Shown here piece by piece: positions 1 to 12,303 of a DNA stretch of 64,000 nt; position 1 is the stretch's first letter, and every line of letters starts with the position of its first letter. Made by a program: the position numbers and the translations under genes. The notes beneath the pieces are model-generated. The model did not search any database and was not told the origin of the DNA. It saw nothing but the letters and a program-made list of their open reading frames with translations. Origin of the DNA: Amphiscolops sp. MND2022 (Eukaryota); NCBI GenBank assembly GCA_964187785.1, contig OZ076409.1:18974001-19038000 (forward strand), read 5' to 3'.

Positions 1-286
1 ACTGTGCAAACATTCAAATTTACAAGGGGTTACACTTGATCATATATATATAGTGCTGCAGCGATAGTAGTTATTCAGTCGGTTAAAATGCCGAACGAAT
101 TTTTAGCAGAACAAAATTGAATTCTCAAATAATATTGGGCGCACCACTCTGATACTGAGCAGCAAATGATGAAACTCTTCCTCTGAAACAAGCGGTCAGA
201 GAAAACAAAAGATGAAAGCAAATTTTACAACTACCATTTGGTTATATTATCGTTTGGCTAAGGCAACGGCAACCACTAAGTCTAAC

Positions 287-3200
287 TTGTTATTGAAAGC
301 ATGCAGATGATCGGAGATGACGGAGCCATGGAATTCTTGAGAGGAGGACTCTCTGAGGAACGACTGAAGAGACGAAGGCGGGAAATCAGAGAGTGCAGGT
401 CCCTCTGTGAACTGAATCGGCTGGTTGAGTCTATTCTGCGACGATGATTTCAACGCATCCACAAACTCAGAATCCTGTTTCAACACAAGCACGTTTACAA
501 AAAGGGAGCAAAAAATTGAAAGATCAGCTCTCAATCAAGAGTCACTTCGATAAAAAACGAAAGGTAGGTCGAAATAAGGACGTAGTTCGATGCGTTTTAT
601 TTTGTAACTTCGTTGCGTTAAAAATTGAATAGCGCTTCTGAGCAAATCAAGAGAACGCTGTTAAAACTTTTTGAAATTAGCGCCTATTAGTTTTTTAGCG
701 TCGCAACAAAAAGAATTCATTACAAGACAATACAAACTACCGCCACAAAAATAATAAGAAAGATCGGAAAACAGGGTTCACTCTCAATACTTGATTCACC
801 ATCAACGAATGAAAATCAAGAATTTGAATCGACACTTCAAACAGTAGAAAAAGTTCTTCTTTTCACCTGGAATGCCTTGGAGGTGCTGTGGGAGAAAAGT
901 TGGGAAGCGGTGGCATTGGCTAATTGCGACAGTTCAATGTAAGCTTTGATGTTGGTCATGTTCAGAGTTGCCATGCACCTGTGCTTGTCGGAAGGGTCGG
1001 TGGGAAACACACGCTGTGACATGTCATACACCACTCTCAAAGAACCTGAGTTGTCGTAGAATTCCTGCAAAGACAATCTGCTGAGAATTTCAGTCGCGGA
1101 AAAAAGCTTAACTTTAGGCTGATTTCACGGAAAACTGTATAAAACACGGGATTTTGCGGACAAAAAACTGCTTTTTTCTGCATTAATTTTTTAAACTATA
1201 ATAGCAATTTTTCACAACTTTCTCGCAATCTACATTTAAATTTCTTAACGAAACAAGTTGGAAATAGTTTATTGGCATCGATTAGATCTCAAAATCTACC
1301 AACTTCATTAGGTAAAAATTGGCAAGAATATATTGTGAGTAAAATCTACGAAATGCCTTCAATGTTAATTTCTGCCATAATTTCTAGCTGTAATATTTTT
1401 TGAAATTATTTTGCATCTCCACATAAACTGAAAAGTTTAATTATTTAGGTGTATACTTTGAAAGAAGCGACTACTACTCTTTACTTTTTAATTATAGTAA
1501 AATTTTTGTCAATTTCGAAGTTTTTTCCGTCCAAAAAAGTTGGGTTACTTCGTGGATCAGCTTACCCCATCGAAAGCAATGAAAACCACACTGGTATTCA
1601 CACGGTCAAGGTCATCAGCAAACGGCTTCAACAAGTGAATCACTTGCAACATTGCAAGAACGCCAGACGCATATGCTTGTGTGCCCAGAGGTGATAAGTC
1701 GTAGAAGTACGAGTTCGAATCTACCTGCAAACGAAGTTTTTCAATAAGAGAAAAGAAATTGACAGAATTTTTCAAGTCGTAGTTAAAACTCACCCGAGAG
1801 GCAATAATGATGACGGAGGAGTCCGAATAGTGCTGAAAGTTGGAGCGTGGCTTCAACTGACCGTAGCTATTAAGACCACCCAAAGCACTGCACTGATCTG
1901 AAACCGAAATTGGACTTCAATTAATGCCAACTCAAATGAAAAATCTTTTACGGGCGTTAAGCAGCTGTTCTTAATTTTTAACCTTTTGCTCACTGAAAAT
2001 AGATAGGGAGGTCAAATAAAACAAAAACACCGGGAACTTTTTCTAATTGTTTATAAGGTATAATTAGTCGTCAATTTCAAACTGTAATTTCAAAAAAAAA
2101 ACGAAACTAATGTTACTCGTCAAATGATACCAATTTATAAAACATTTGTTTCCCATTCTCGAAAAATGGACGAATAACGGTCACCGATTTTTACTTGGCC
2201 GACTGAAACCAGTAGAAATACTCAGCAAAACTTGCGAACTCATCCGTATCGTTATTATACGATAATCATAACGATCATCGATAAAAAACAATTATTAATA
2301 AATACACTAGGATACCAGAAAATGAACAACATATCAAAAGATAGTGCGCTTTGAAAAATTTCGATAGCCAAATCGAGTGTCTTTAGCTTTTTGGTACCCT
2401 AGTGTATGACTGATTGACGATAGACTTACTTGAGTTGGACAAATCGGCTGTGAGCGACCCAATTATTCTGGCCCGTTGGCTTCGTCTGAGACAGACATCA
2501 GTGGAGCCAGACGAGAACTGGAATGTGTTGATCGACGCAGAGCACAGAGGGTACTCGCCAGAGGTTAGTTTGCTGCTGGGTACATTGAGGGAACTGATAC
2601 AATTGCGCACCGCTAGAATGTCATCTCTGTCGGGCAGATACACTACGGGGAAGTCGAACGACTCGTAGAACAGACTGTCTCCAACTGCGTTCCACTCCAC
2701 TGTAGTACTCGGAGCATCTAAATAAGGGTTTTGACATTGCTATTTTTTTCGCTAATCGCTAAACTGCTAATTTCAGAATCGCCAAAAAACTTTTTCTTTA
2801 GACTATTAAATGTTTGGATCCAAGTATGTTTCAAAATTCAATGATAACTTCAATTAAATTTTTGCAAGGAAAAAAGACTAGCATTTCTCATATTGTGATT
2901 TACAAGTGTAAGAGCTAGAATTTTTCGAAATTCATTTCGATACTCCGTACATTTTTTGAGAGATTTTTGAATTCGGACAATCTATTGGTTGCCGTGAAAT
3001 TGAGTCGCTAATAAAATAGCCAAAAAAATCTGCTCAGCCGCTAATTCGCCGGTTAGCGGTGTCGAAATTCTGATCTAAATTGAGTCTGCAGCATTTTAAA
3101 ATGAATAGCCAAGGGAAGAGTACAGGAAGGTTGAACGTAGAAATGACTCAAGGTTCAAAAAAATTATGAAGGGGGACGTGGTACTTTCATGGCCTCATCC

Positions 3201-5925
3201 GATTAATTTTAGTAATTTGATATCTTTGTTGATCAAACGAAAACGTGTATTTGAAGTCTAACTTTCAATTTTGATTAGCGCATTAAGTGAGATCTCAGGC
3301 GCAGAAAGAACACTTCTGTTACTTTCCCAGTTCTGGGCAGGTTTTTGATTTTTTCTCTGAAAATTTGAAATTAATCGGATTCTGTAGATTGTCTAAAATT
3401 CAATGATAAATTTTTTGTTTCAAAAATATTCTGAATGAAAAAATAATCGCGCTTTCTCGCCGCGAATAGTTAATTTCCTATCTTAATACATGTAAATCAA
3501 CAAAATTTTACCTTTCAAGAATAACATTTCGAAAACGGTTGATCAAAATATATCCGAAAGGTATTATTAGATTTGTGGCATGAATGAGCATAAAACTAGG
3601 GATAAAACGGTCAAAAATTGAAAAGACGGCAACAAGTCCCAATTTTGCTCAAAATGAGCTGTTTGTAACTTTCTCAATTTTTGCCTCCAAAAAAATACTA
3701 ATGTAAACTAGATGAAATTCCAAGAAACTTTCCTTTCTGATGTTTTGCAAAATTTTCAACCGATTTCGAGAAAAATCGAGCCTAAAATCGCCCGGGAATG
3801 ACTCCTCAATAACAACTGTACTTCTGACTAGATTTAGAAAACTATCCGTAAGTTAATTTCAAGTCAATCAAAATTGAGCGCAGTTTGGTTGTTATGTCGG
3901 TCCAATTACCTTTTCCATTGATCCACTCATTGGGCACCTTCTTCGCGGTAGAGAAAGCGTTTTCTTCTTCTTCTGTTTGGTTCTTCAGCACAAGAATGCC
4001 CTTAATTTTGCCAGTGTCTCGCAACTGCAACACGTTGTCTCTAAACAGCACAATTTTCTCACTACTTTTTTCTTACCGTTACCTTTATCTCTTTCAGCTA
4101 CAAAAATATAAATTTCGATGGACGTGCGCATCGAAACCAAGTTTGTTAACAATAAGTGATGATATCCTTATTATTTAATAAGGGACAGTCTAAAAAAGGA
4201 GGTTGAGGTGTTGTTGTTACGTCACAAGCCTCCTTGCAGTGTCAATAACGCTACCATGGAAAATATTAGAAAACATTCATAATAAACATATAGAAAAAAA
4301 TAATAGAAAACATTCATACGAGCGGAGGACTAATTTATTTTTTAAAAAAACCATGATTGCGAGTCGAATAGAACAAATGAGATAGGTTCTACTCCTCCAT
4401 TCACAAAATGACTGCCTCAGAACTTGAAAGCTAAATTTAACATTTATTCCTTGCTGTAACTAACTAATTGTACAAACTTGGTGATTTTCAATCTTTCGGC
4501 CATCTGGAGCTTTCAGAAACGAAAGCGTGCAGAATCTGGAAAATAACCTTTCATACATGAATTAATTGAAAAGGCTAAAATCATCCTTTGGGCTAACTCC
4601 TTCTGAATTGGGCTAAAAATTTATTTATTCTGAAAAAAAGTATTTTTTATCGATAATATTCATCAGAGCGAAGCAGTAAATAAAGATACGATCGAAAATT
4701 AAATGACCTTGTAAGAAGAGTCGTTGACTGCAGCACAGCCACATAGGAGAGCTTGTAGTCCTTTGAAATCAAGAGATCAATATCGCTCGACATCTCCACC
4801 ATGAACAGTACCCCATGTTGGCCGTGTAAATCACTTTGACCTAAAACAGGTTGAAAAGCTCTCATCAAAAAAGGTTGACCAGATTGAATGCAGTTATCAG
4901 AACCCAAGAAAGCTTATTCTTAATTCCTACAATTTGAGCAATCCCGCAATGAGTCAAAGTGAGGCAATGAATCAACAAATTGAATTCCGAAGTTAAAGAA
5001 TGCGGGGAGTCCCGACGTGCCAATACTCATGAAGAGACTTTTGCATTCAGTAAGGTATTGCAATAATTTTCCTGAACAGAATTGAAATCTGCGAGGGAAA
5101 CGAAAATGTATATTTGGAGTCTCAATTGACTTTCGGTTTCTTCTTAATCCCTTCAGTCACGATTGATGAAGTGGGTCATTGAGAATTAATTATTCAACTT
5201 CATCAGTCATCCTGTGAGGCATTCATTTCAAGATCACCAGCTGACGCCATAAAAGGTTATGTCCGAGGTTATTTCAATCTACCGGTGGATACGTTTAATA
5301 TCCATGCGATCTAGCAGTTGTTAACAGCAAAACTGCTGACTCAAATATTCCGATTCCATCGGAGCTACAAGCAACACCAACGAAAGTGCATCTTGGGTGA
5401 TATCTAGCACCGACTATGAAGCACTTTTCTACTATTACAAAAACTGGTTTTATAAGCTTGAGATTAAAGAAGGAAAATTGGTTACTTTAATTTCCGAAAC
5501 TTTCCCCCATCAGATTTTCAGAGATACCTGTTAAGACTTTATAGTGTCAGCAGCTTTGGGCAAAAAATAAAAAAAAGTTATTTTCGAAGAATATCAAGAT
5601 GTCCAAAACTAGTTTTACAATTCTCCGGTCTATTTTGTGGATATTTAACAGCAATCTTTGTTGCAGAATAATAGTGGCCAATATTGCTCAGATTTGAAAT
5701 TCATTACATCAACAAGTCAAAGAAATGAAATTTGCTTACGTAGCAAATGATGAAAGCAAACTAACATCCAACTGAGTGGGTATAGTTCGATCTTCTGACA
5801 CACGCGTTTTGAGTTGACGTCAGAGGCTGGTATAGCAGCTTCTCGATCATTTCTTTGTCTCGAACATCTCCACTCACAGCGCCAATCACGCACAAGACAC
5901 CCAGCAGAACATGACCTACCACCAT
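287..5925 (-). CDS. NCSTN: Nicastrin (gamma-secretase subunit), 5' part. Coding exons read from GT/AG junctions: 5925-5766, 4840-4708, 4040-3910, 2717-2430, 1897-1794, 1724-1566, 1064-867, 474-287. The gene continues beyond the left edge.
   Basis: Signal peptide followed by IEKLLYQPL..ACVRRSNYTHSVGC|QSDLHGQHGVL (cf. nicastrin CVRLLNATHQIGCQS), WNAVGDSLFYESFDFPV, YPLCSA..TDVCLRRS, VIIIASR|VDSNSYF, FIAFDG|EFYDNSGSLRVVYDM, YIELSQL, FPPSSLQSFLR and ISDHLHAFNNK. Exon phases join without frameshift. Confidence 0.93.
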
Positions 5926-6257
5926 CTCTGAGATTAGTTTGCCTACTTCGGAAGTTTTCAACAGCTACAACTTGGGTATTTCGGGATCCTATATCATGAT
6001 TCGAACTGAAATACAACCGATCGCTCAGTAAGAGAAAACTATTCAATTAAAATTTTTTGATAACATCAATTGCCTGCAAATCTATAATAGCACTATTAAT
6101 AAAAATAATTATACAAAAAAATCAACTTACTATAAACCTCAGAACAATAATTTAAAATTTTCGGATTTTGAATTACTAACTAGCAAAAAAGGCAACTAGC
6201 ACTTGGCCCAACATTCATTCTAACAATTATAACTGAACAGTAAACAAAACAGAAACG

Positions 6258-7748
6258 TCAACTTGAAGGGATATCAACGCAGCAAAACAGTTTCTGACAA
6301 TCTTCACTTGAATTTAAGAGGGACTTGAGTCTTTTAGCGGCTTTCGCTCTGTCATAAGGTGCTCTATGCTTTGAAACTTTTCCTTCGTCCAACTTTTCCA
6401 ATACAACTTTAGTTTGTGTACAAACTTCTGAAACTTTGATTCCAACTACATTTTCAAAGAACTCCATGTTTTCAGCAGCTTTATCAGACAAATGTGTTGG
6501 ATCTGAAACTGGATTTTGATTTTTAGCTTTTACAGGACTGCTCTTTCTGTCGCAAGAGTCTAGTGAGCCCCACGGTCTTTCACTGGAAGACCTTGCATTC
6601 CCCGACAGCTCTGCTTCAAGACTGTCCCTGGTTTTATTAGGAGGCAAGGCCATTGCAAAATTGGAGCCCATTAGTTCGTTACTGCTGATTGCGATTTCAT
6701 CGCTGACCTTTTCTGGGTTGTCTGATGGTTCTTTCGAGCGAACTTTGTAAATGATTCCATGATCTGAACAAGTTCCCAAATAAATGCAATCATCGTCGAC
6801 AGGTTTTTCATTACATCCGCATTCTGAACCAATTTCTAGGACATCAGCATTTCCAGATAGAGGCAAACCAGTGTTTTCAGGAATAGTTCCTGAATTTTTA
6901 TTGACTTGAAAATTGACCTGCTTTGTTTGAGTGGAATTTTTTGACCCCAAAGGTTTTCGCAAACTAGAAGTTTCATCAACTATATGTGTGTTCGATCTAC
7001 CCATATGATTAGCTTCAAGAATCCGCGATCTTTTTTGACGACTTGGCCTCATTTGCAGAGAACTTTCATCAATTTCATCATCACAATGAATAGTGGCACC
7101 AGTATTAGCCGTTGTATCGATATTGAATGTTTTACATGCCGCAGAAGCGGTCGCCATAGTGATTTGGTTGTCTGTAACCACAAAATCCAATTCCCTTTCG
7201 GTCAAAACAGTTGGATCGAAGCTTAAATAACTTGGAGAGCTAAGATTCACCAGCTTATCCACTTCTGAAGAACGTAGGAGTGGATCACAAGTTAGTAATG
7301 TATGCGTTAGATGATGAAAAATAGAGCGCTGCCCAAACAGATTGACCGGTATACATGGCGAGTGGATGATATCTAATTTGGTCAAGTACAAACAAACCGT
7401 CAAATCTGATTGGTTATCATTCGGAGCCTTATTAGCTGAGCATCTGGCTAAAAGAAACTTGCACGGGGTGATGACGTAACCAACTTCCATTTTTGTCAAA
7501 CCCCTGTCTGATGAAAGTGACTTCGACACCAAAACTACAATCAGACGCTGTGTGTCAGTGCAGAGCAACTTGAACTTGAAAATGCCCTTTTCCAACCTGG
7601 ACAGTTCGAGCTTTTTCGCGACATAAAGAGAGCCCGAAGGTGACCTTGACTGCACGAAAGAATTTGTGAGAACATCTTCAAGTGTGAACACACGTTGCAG
7701 AAAGGGTTTGATCACACGGTGACTCACAAGTTCATGGTAGCTGTCCAT
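6258..7748 (-). CDS. Intronless 496-aa protein: putative N-terminal OB-fold (TPP1/Est3- or RPA70N-like) followed by a long Ser/Thr/acidic low-complexity region
   Basis: Long uninterrupted ATG ORF between host genes with no transposon motifs. The N-terminal ~130 aa has an alternating beta-strand pattern; the fold call is inference. Confidence 0.6.
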   Translation of the reverse strand: MDSYHELVSHRVIKPFLQRVFTLEDVLTNSFVQSRSPSGSLYVAKKLELSRLEKGIFKFKLLCTDTQRLIVVLVSKSLSSDRGLTKMEVGYVITPCKFLLARCSANKAPNDNQSDLTVCLYLTKLDIIHSPCIPVNLFGQRSIFHHLTHTLLTCDPLLRSSEVDKLVNLSSPSYLSFDPTVLTERELDFVVTDNQITMATASAACKTFNIDTTANTGATIHCDDEIDESSLQMRPSRQKRSRILEANHMGRSNTHIVDETSSLRKPLGSKNSTQTKQVNFQVNKNSGTIPENTGLPLSGNADVLEIGSECGCNEKPVDDDCIYLGTCSDHGIIYKVRSKEPSDNPEKVSDEIAISSNELMGSNFAMALPPNKTRDSLEAELSGNARSSSERPWGSLDSCDRKSSPVKAKNQNPVSDPTHLSDKAAENMEFFENVVGIKVSEVCTQTKVVLEKLDEGKVSKHRAPYDRAKAAKRLKSLLNSSEDCQKLFCCVDIPSS

Positions 7749-7800
7749 CTTCGATTAAAGATCTTCATTCAAACGTCTGGAAACCAACGTACCTTGAGAG

Positions 7801-8592
7801 GGGAGGCGAAATTTCGTCGCCAGAAATTTCGTCGTATTAGCAAATCAAGAAATTTCGTCGTATTAATTAGAATAACAGCGTTCACCAAAAGATATCATTT
7901 GAATTATTCAATTATTTAATTAAAATGAGATCTTAAGAACAAGTTTTATTTTGACACCAAAATTGAGTCAAAAAATTAATTGCATTCAATCAACTCATCA
8001 AGACGCTTATTGAGCAATGGTATATTTTCAGTGTTACCGGTGGAACTACTTACCGGGGCTTTACAATACAATTCAAGCTTGCTCCAGGGGGACCATGTCA
8101 TCTACCCCCCCCCCCCCCGGTCAATTTACTGCGTCGGGATAAATAAGACAGAAGGTTCAAATACCATAATGTTGACATCGTTTGCGTTGAAATTTTGGTC
8201 CAATAAAATAATTGATGTCGACATAATCCTATCCATTACATTCCCAACAAGGTGTACCTGGGGTGGAATAGATGACATGGTCCAGAATTTTCGCTTTTTT
8301 GTCAGAAAATTATCAAAAAATCCTTTGTTAATGGTAAGAGTCGAAACAACTTCGTGTTCGGGGGATAAGAAACATATTTGGGGGGTGGTTATAAGGTCCA
8401 AAACTTTTTCTCTCAAAACGATAACAAAAAGTAGTCAATGATAGTAATAAGTGCACAATTATCGATAATTATTAAGACTCAATAATAAGACGATTCTTAT
8501 TAGATTAAAGAAAATGCGACATTTTATAGAACGTAATCACCGACGACGAAATTTCTTGCGACGACATTTCTGACGACGAAATTTCTGGTAAT
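7801..8592. mobile_element. Non-autonomous TIR element (Mutator/MULE-like)
   Basis: Subterminal inverted repeats GAAATTTCGTCG / CGACGAAATTTC, each repeated several times. Flanking direct repeat CCTTGAGAG at 7792-7800 and 8593-8601. Confidence 0.75.
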
Positions 8593-9477
8593 CCTTGAGA
8601 GCTACCTAGCACGTGTAGACATCAAAAACTCAATTGTGGTTTCTGCAACTGGAAAAAATCCCATTAAACTTTACCAAGAAAATTTGTTAATCCAACTCAT
8701 ATTTCTCTTTAAAAAAGAATATCATTTAACAAAACATGTACAGAGAAAATCTTTGAATTTCAGGCAGATTTTTGGAAACCTCATTTTGAATTTTTCAAAA
8801 GAATAGGAAACATACTTTTAGCCCTGAATTATTGTAGAATTAACTCGTTAAAAATTTAGGCTAATGTTGACTGTTCACTTGAAAAGTTCGAAAATCCTCA
8901 AAATTCAATAAATTCTATGGAAGGAATAAAAATTTGAGTTTGGGACGCGACTCAGCTGTTTCTTCATTTGGGGCTCGATCACAATAGGGTAAACTAACCG
9001 AAGTTTGCAACGCTTTAGACCTCAAATGATTTGGAAGTTAACATTCAATTCTAATCAATTCGAATGCACGGAGCTTTTTCAACTGATCATTTATTCGAAA
9101 CTCATTTCCATTGCTTATCCATAATAGTTCCTGATTCCTCAGTTTGTTTTGGACAAGAAAACACATTCGGAGGAAAAGATCAGTGAACTAAAAACACCAT
9201 CATATTTTAAGTGATCGCGTGTTGGGGTACTTGACGTCTTCCAATTCAATTTTGAGGACACAATTTGTCAACCTGTCAGGTAAAAACCTGCGACTATACA
9301 TACTGTCATGACTATTTCATTGAAATACGAAACATAAACCGGTTCAACTAAAACTAGCCTCGTGGACTTGTGATCATATCTTGAAAAATTGTTATTCACA
9401 TTTTTATTTTCTAACTTTGTACCAGAAAGAACTAAAGGAACATAGTAAAATCAGCAAATTAAAACAAATGATTTCCA

Positions 9478-10707
9478 TCAGGAAGAAAAATTTTTACGTT
9501 TAAATTTAGAATCAAAGCTCTGCGATGAAATCCGTTTGACAAAATCTTTCAAAAGATAACATAGAACACATATAAATAATATTATAATAGCACCGTGATT
9601 AACTTGCATTAAAATTTTGTAATCAGCTTGAGAATTCTTGACAAAACAACTATTAGATATGACCTGATAATAAGTGTACAGTATCAAAAACAGGGACGAA
9701 ACGCTAGTCAAGTGAAGACGACATCTGTTGGGTAACTGCTTTTCCATCAAAAGTGACCTCGATTTGACTGAAAAAGGTGGCGTGACCTCGAAACGTGACA
9801 TATCAGCATAGCACCCAGATTCATGTTGAATATCGGCATAATGTTTAGCAAATCGTGCGTCGTGAAAAAATGAGTTGCCCAAAAGTAGACCCATAACTAA
9901 AGTCTCGGCGACTAAATCAATCATAACCACATCCCTTGTCTTTTTCAGGCTTTCATTCGCTTCTCGAAGACTGAGGATCAATCTACCGCTGAAAAAAGCA
10001 AGTAAACCTTCGGATGTTTGAATATCTGTGTCTTTGTAGCCCAAATACGGTAGGTAACAATTAGTTTTGAGAGCAATGAGAACATACAAAATTTTATGAG
10101 TCAATTCGTAGCCATTTAGTCCTGTCGAAACGTCCGTGTTGTAATCCCAACATCTCTTGGAGACTTCAAGTTTACTATCACTCCCAGAATCGCATTTATT
10201 CGACAAAAGATTTTCCAAACAGTTGTCTTCGAAATTTTCATTCAAATAATCAACTTCTTCCGAAGCTGGTTTCGGATCTTGGGCGAAAATATCGTGGTCA
10301 TCTAGCCATTCCAGCTTTTCAGGTGGGGCCCAATCCAGTTCAAAGAGCTTCATGAATTTTCGATTGTACTCAGTTTTATTGGCTTTTGCTAGAGAAAGCG
10401 ATAACAGGGAAGAAATATTTGATTTCAGTGTAATAAATCTGTCAACATCAGATCCTAGATTTTTCTTTATATTAACTTTTTGAATTTTCTCGATAGCCTT
10501 CAACGTAATAACAGGAACAAGGAAAACATCCGCGTAAAGTTGGTCAACATTTTCGTCAAAGAACTGAAACGTTTTTTCGATATTCTTGAGAAAAGGAAGT
10601 TCGATGCAGCATTTCTCAGACTTTGGCTTCGGGTACATGAGATAAATGGCCAAAAAGATCAGTACAAAGCCAAGTGAGGCTAGGGTGATGCGTGAAAATA
10701 AGCGCAT
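9478..10707 (-). CDS. UPF0764 / C16orf89-like secreted or membrane protein (409 aa)
   Basis: N-terminal signal/anchor; DNCLENLL..C..SKRCW; GYELTHKILYVLIALKTNC (cf. GYxLSHQLLF..C); DLVAETLVMG; IQHESGCY; EKQLPNRCRLHLTSVS; C-terminal hydrophobic helix. Confidence 0.72.
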   Translation of the reverse strand: MRLFSRITLASLGFVLIFLAIYLMYPKPKSEKCCIELPFLKNIEKTFQFFDENVDQLYADVFLVPVITLKAIEKIQKVNIKKNLGSDVDRFITLKSNISSLLSLSLAKANKTEYNRKFMKLFELDWAPPEKLEWLDDHDIFAQDPKPASEEVDYLNENFEDNCLENLLSNKCDSGSDSKLEVSKRCWDYNTDVSTGLNGYELTHKILYVLIALKTNCYLPYLGYKDTDIQTSEGLLAFFSGRLILSLREANESLKKTRDVVMIDLVAETLVMGLLLGNSFFHDARFAKHYADIQHESGCYADMSRFEVTPPFSVKSRSLLMEKQLPNRCRLHLTSVSSLFLILYTYYQVISNSCFVKNSQADYKILMQVNHGAIIILFICVLCYLLKDFVKRISSQSFDSKFKRKNFSS

Positions 10708-11436
10708 ACCTTGCAGCTGCGAATTTCAGAAAACATGTGACCATGACATTCTACATTCATGATCTAAAAATCAGCACTGATATTGTCATTAAAGCAAAAA
10801 CCAACGAAGTCAACACTGGTTAGTTAGTAATACACGAAACGGTAAAATTGTAGAACACCGACCACAAAATCCATTGCCACGGCGAAACGGAGACGGTTGA
10901 AATTTGTGCAAAATTCTCAAAACTCATGTTAAATGCCACTAAATGGCTATAGCACAAAATTTAAAAAAACATCTGCTTCACGTTAAACGATCATCACATC
11001 ATTCCATACAACTTCTAAATTTATCTTTCAACTATTTTTTCTTGGAAAGCAAAGCCACTCGCCATTTCATTTCCGACACGTCTCCATTCAGTACTAGACA
11101 ATCTTATTTCATTGATTTTTCAAGTCTCGAATTTGTGACTAGGTCAAACGAGGTAGCTAATACAAGACGTCCGTTGTTCACCGGGATATTTTCCGCCTTC
11201 AAATGCGAGGGTTTTCTAGAACCTCCGCCTCCTCCTTAGTATAACGCAATATAGTTCGGATATAACGTCAAAAATTCTGATATAGTACAATAATTTCGAA
11301 CCTCCGCTTCCTCCTTATTGAAACGAAATACATGAAACGAAACGATTCATGAATGAGTAACAAGTAACTAAAATAGTCAAGAAACTGTATAAAAATAGTC
11401 AAGTGATGGAGGTCGTGGAGATTTGGCAGAACTTGT

Positions 11437-11555
11437 AAAAAAACGCAACACAGATCATGATTTTCCTCCCCCATAATATGTGGGCGGAAAATAATAAAAA
11501 ACGCAACACAGATCATGATTTTCCTCCCCCATAATATGTGGGCGGAAAATAATAA
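11437..11555. repeat. Two-copy tandem duplication of a ~59-bp unit
   Basis: AAAAAACGCAACACAGATCATGATTTTCCTCCCCCATAATATGTGGGCGGAAAATAAT occurs twice head-to-tail. Confidence 0.85.
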
Positions 11556-12303
11556 TTACTAACCCGCCAATACATCGATAGTCTAGACGACCATACTGAT
11601 GCCGACAAAGCATCTGACCAAGATGCACCGACACAAAACAGTTCTTTCAAAAAAATCAGGGTCGAACACGAGCAAACATGTTCATTCCACAAATTCAAAG
11701 AAAGGACACTCTTCTATGGAATTCGAAGGAAGAAAAACCTATCACTTGCAGGCTTGAGACAGCAAGAATTCGAGAGGAACAACGACTTCGCGTAAGGGAG
11801 TTTAAGAACCGTGTTGCTTCGAAACATTTGCGGAAGAGAAACCCAGCTACATGACATTTCTGAACTCAGCAAGAATCATAGGAAAGACCGCGCCATACAC
11901 ATTGAGAATGAAACCAGCATTTTCGTCAACAACTGCTAATGTTGTGAATGAGAACGCACTTGAAAATCTATTTGTTGACTTTTTGCATGACATTGCCGCC
12001 CACAATCACCCATTTGTTCCGAATTCTAGCAATGGTTTCTCACCGCTTTGGGCTGTTAAAGGTTCGCAAGCGAAGTTTTGAGACGGGAACAACACGATTT
12101 CCTTCAATTTGTCAGCTTAAAACAACTGCCACTCTCGACCAAACTGTCATGACAACGGTGAGTTTCTAGCCATCGTTCTCTCGATACCCTTGTTCATATT
12201 TTGGCGGGATTGTCTTGACAATCAAGAAGTCCCAAGTGTACTTAAACAGGCCCTGATTACGCCAATTTTCAAAGGCAAAAGTAAAGTTGATGCGGAAAAT
12301 TAC

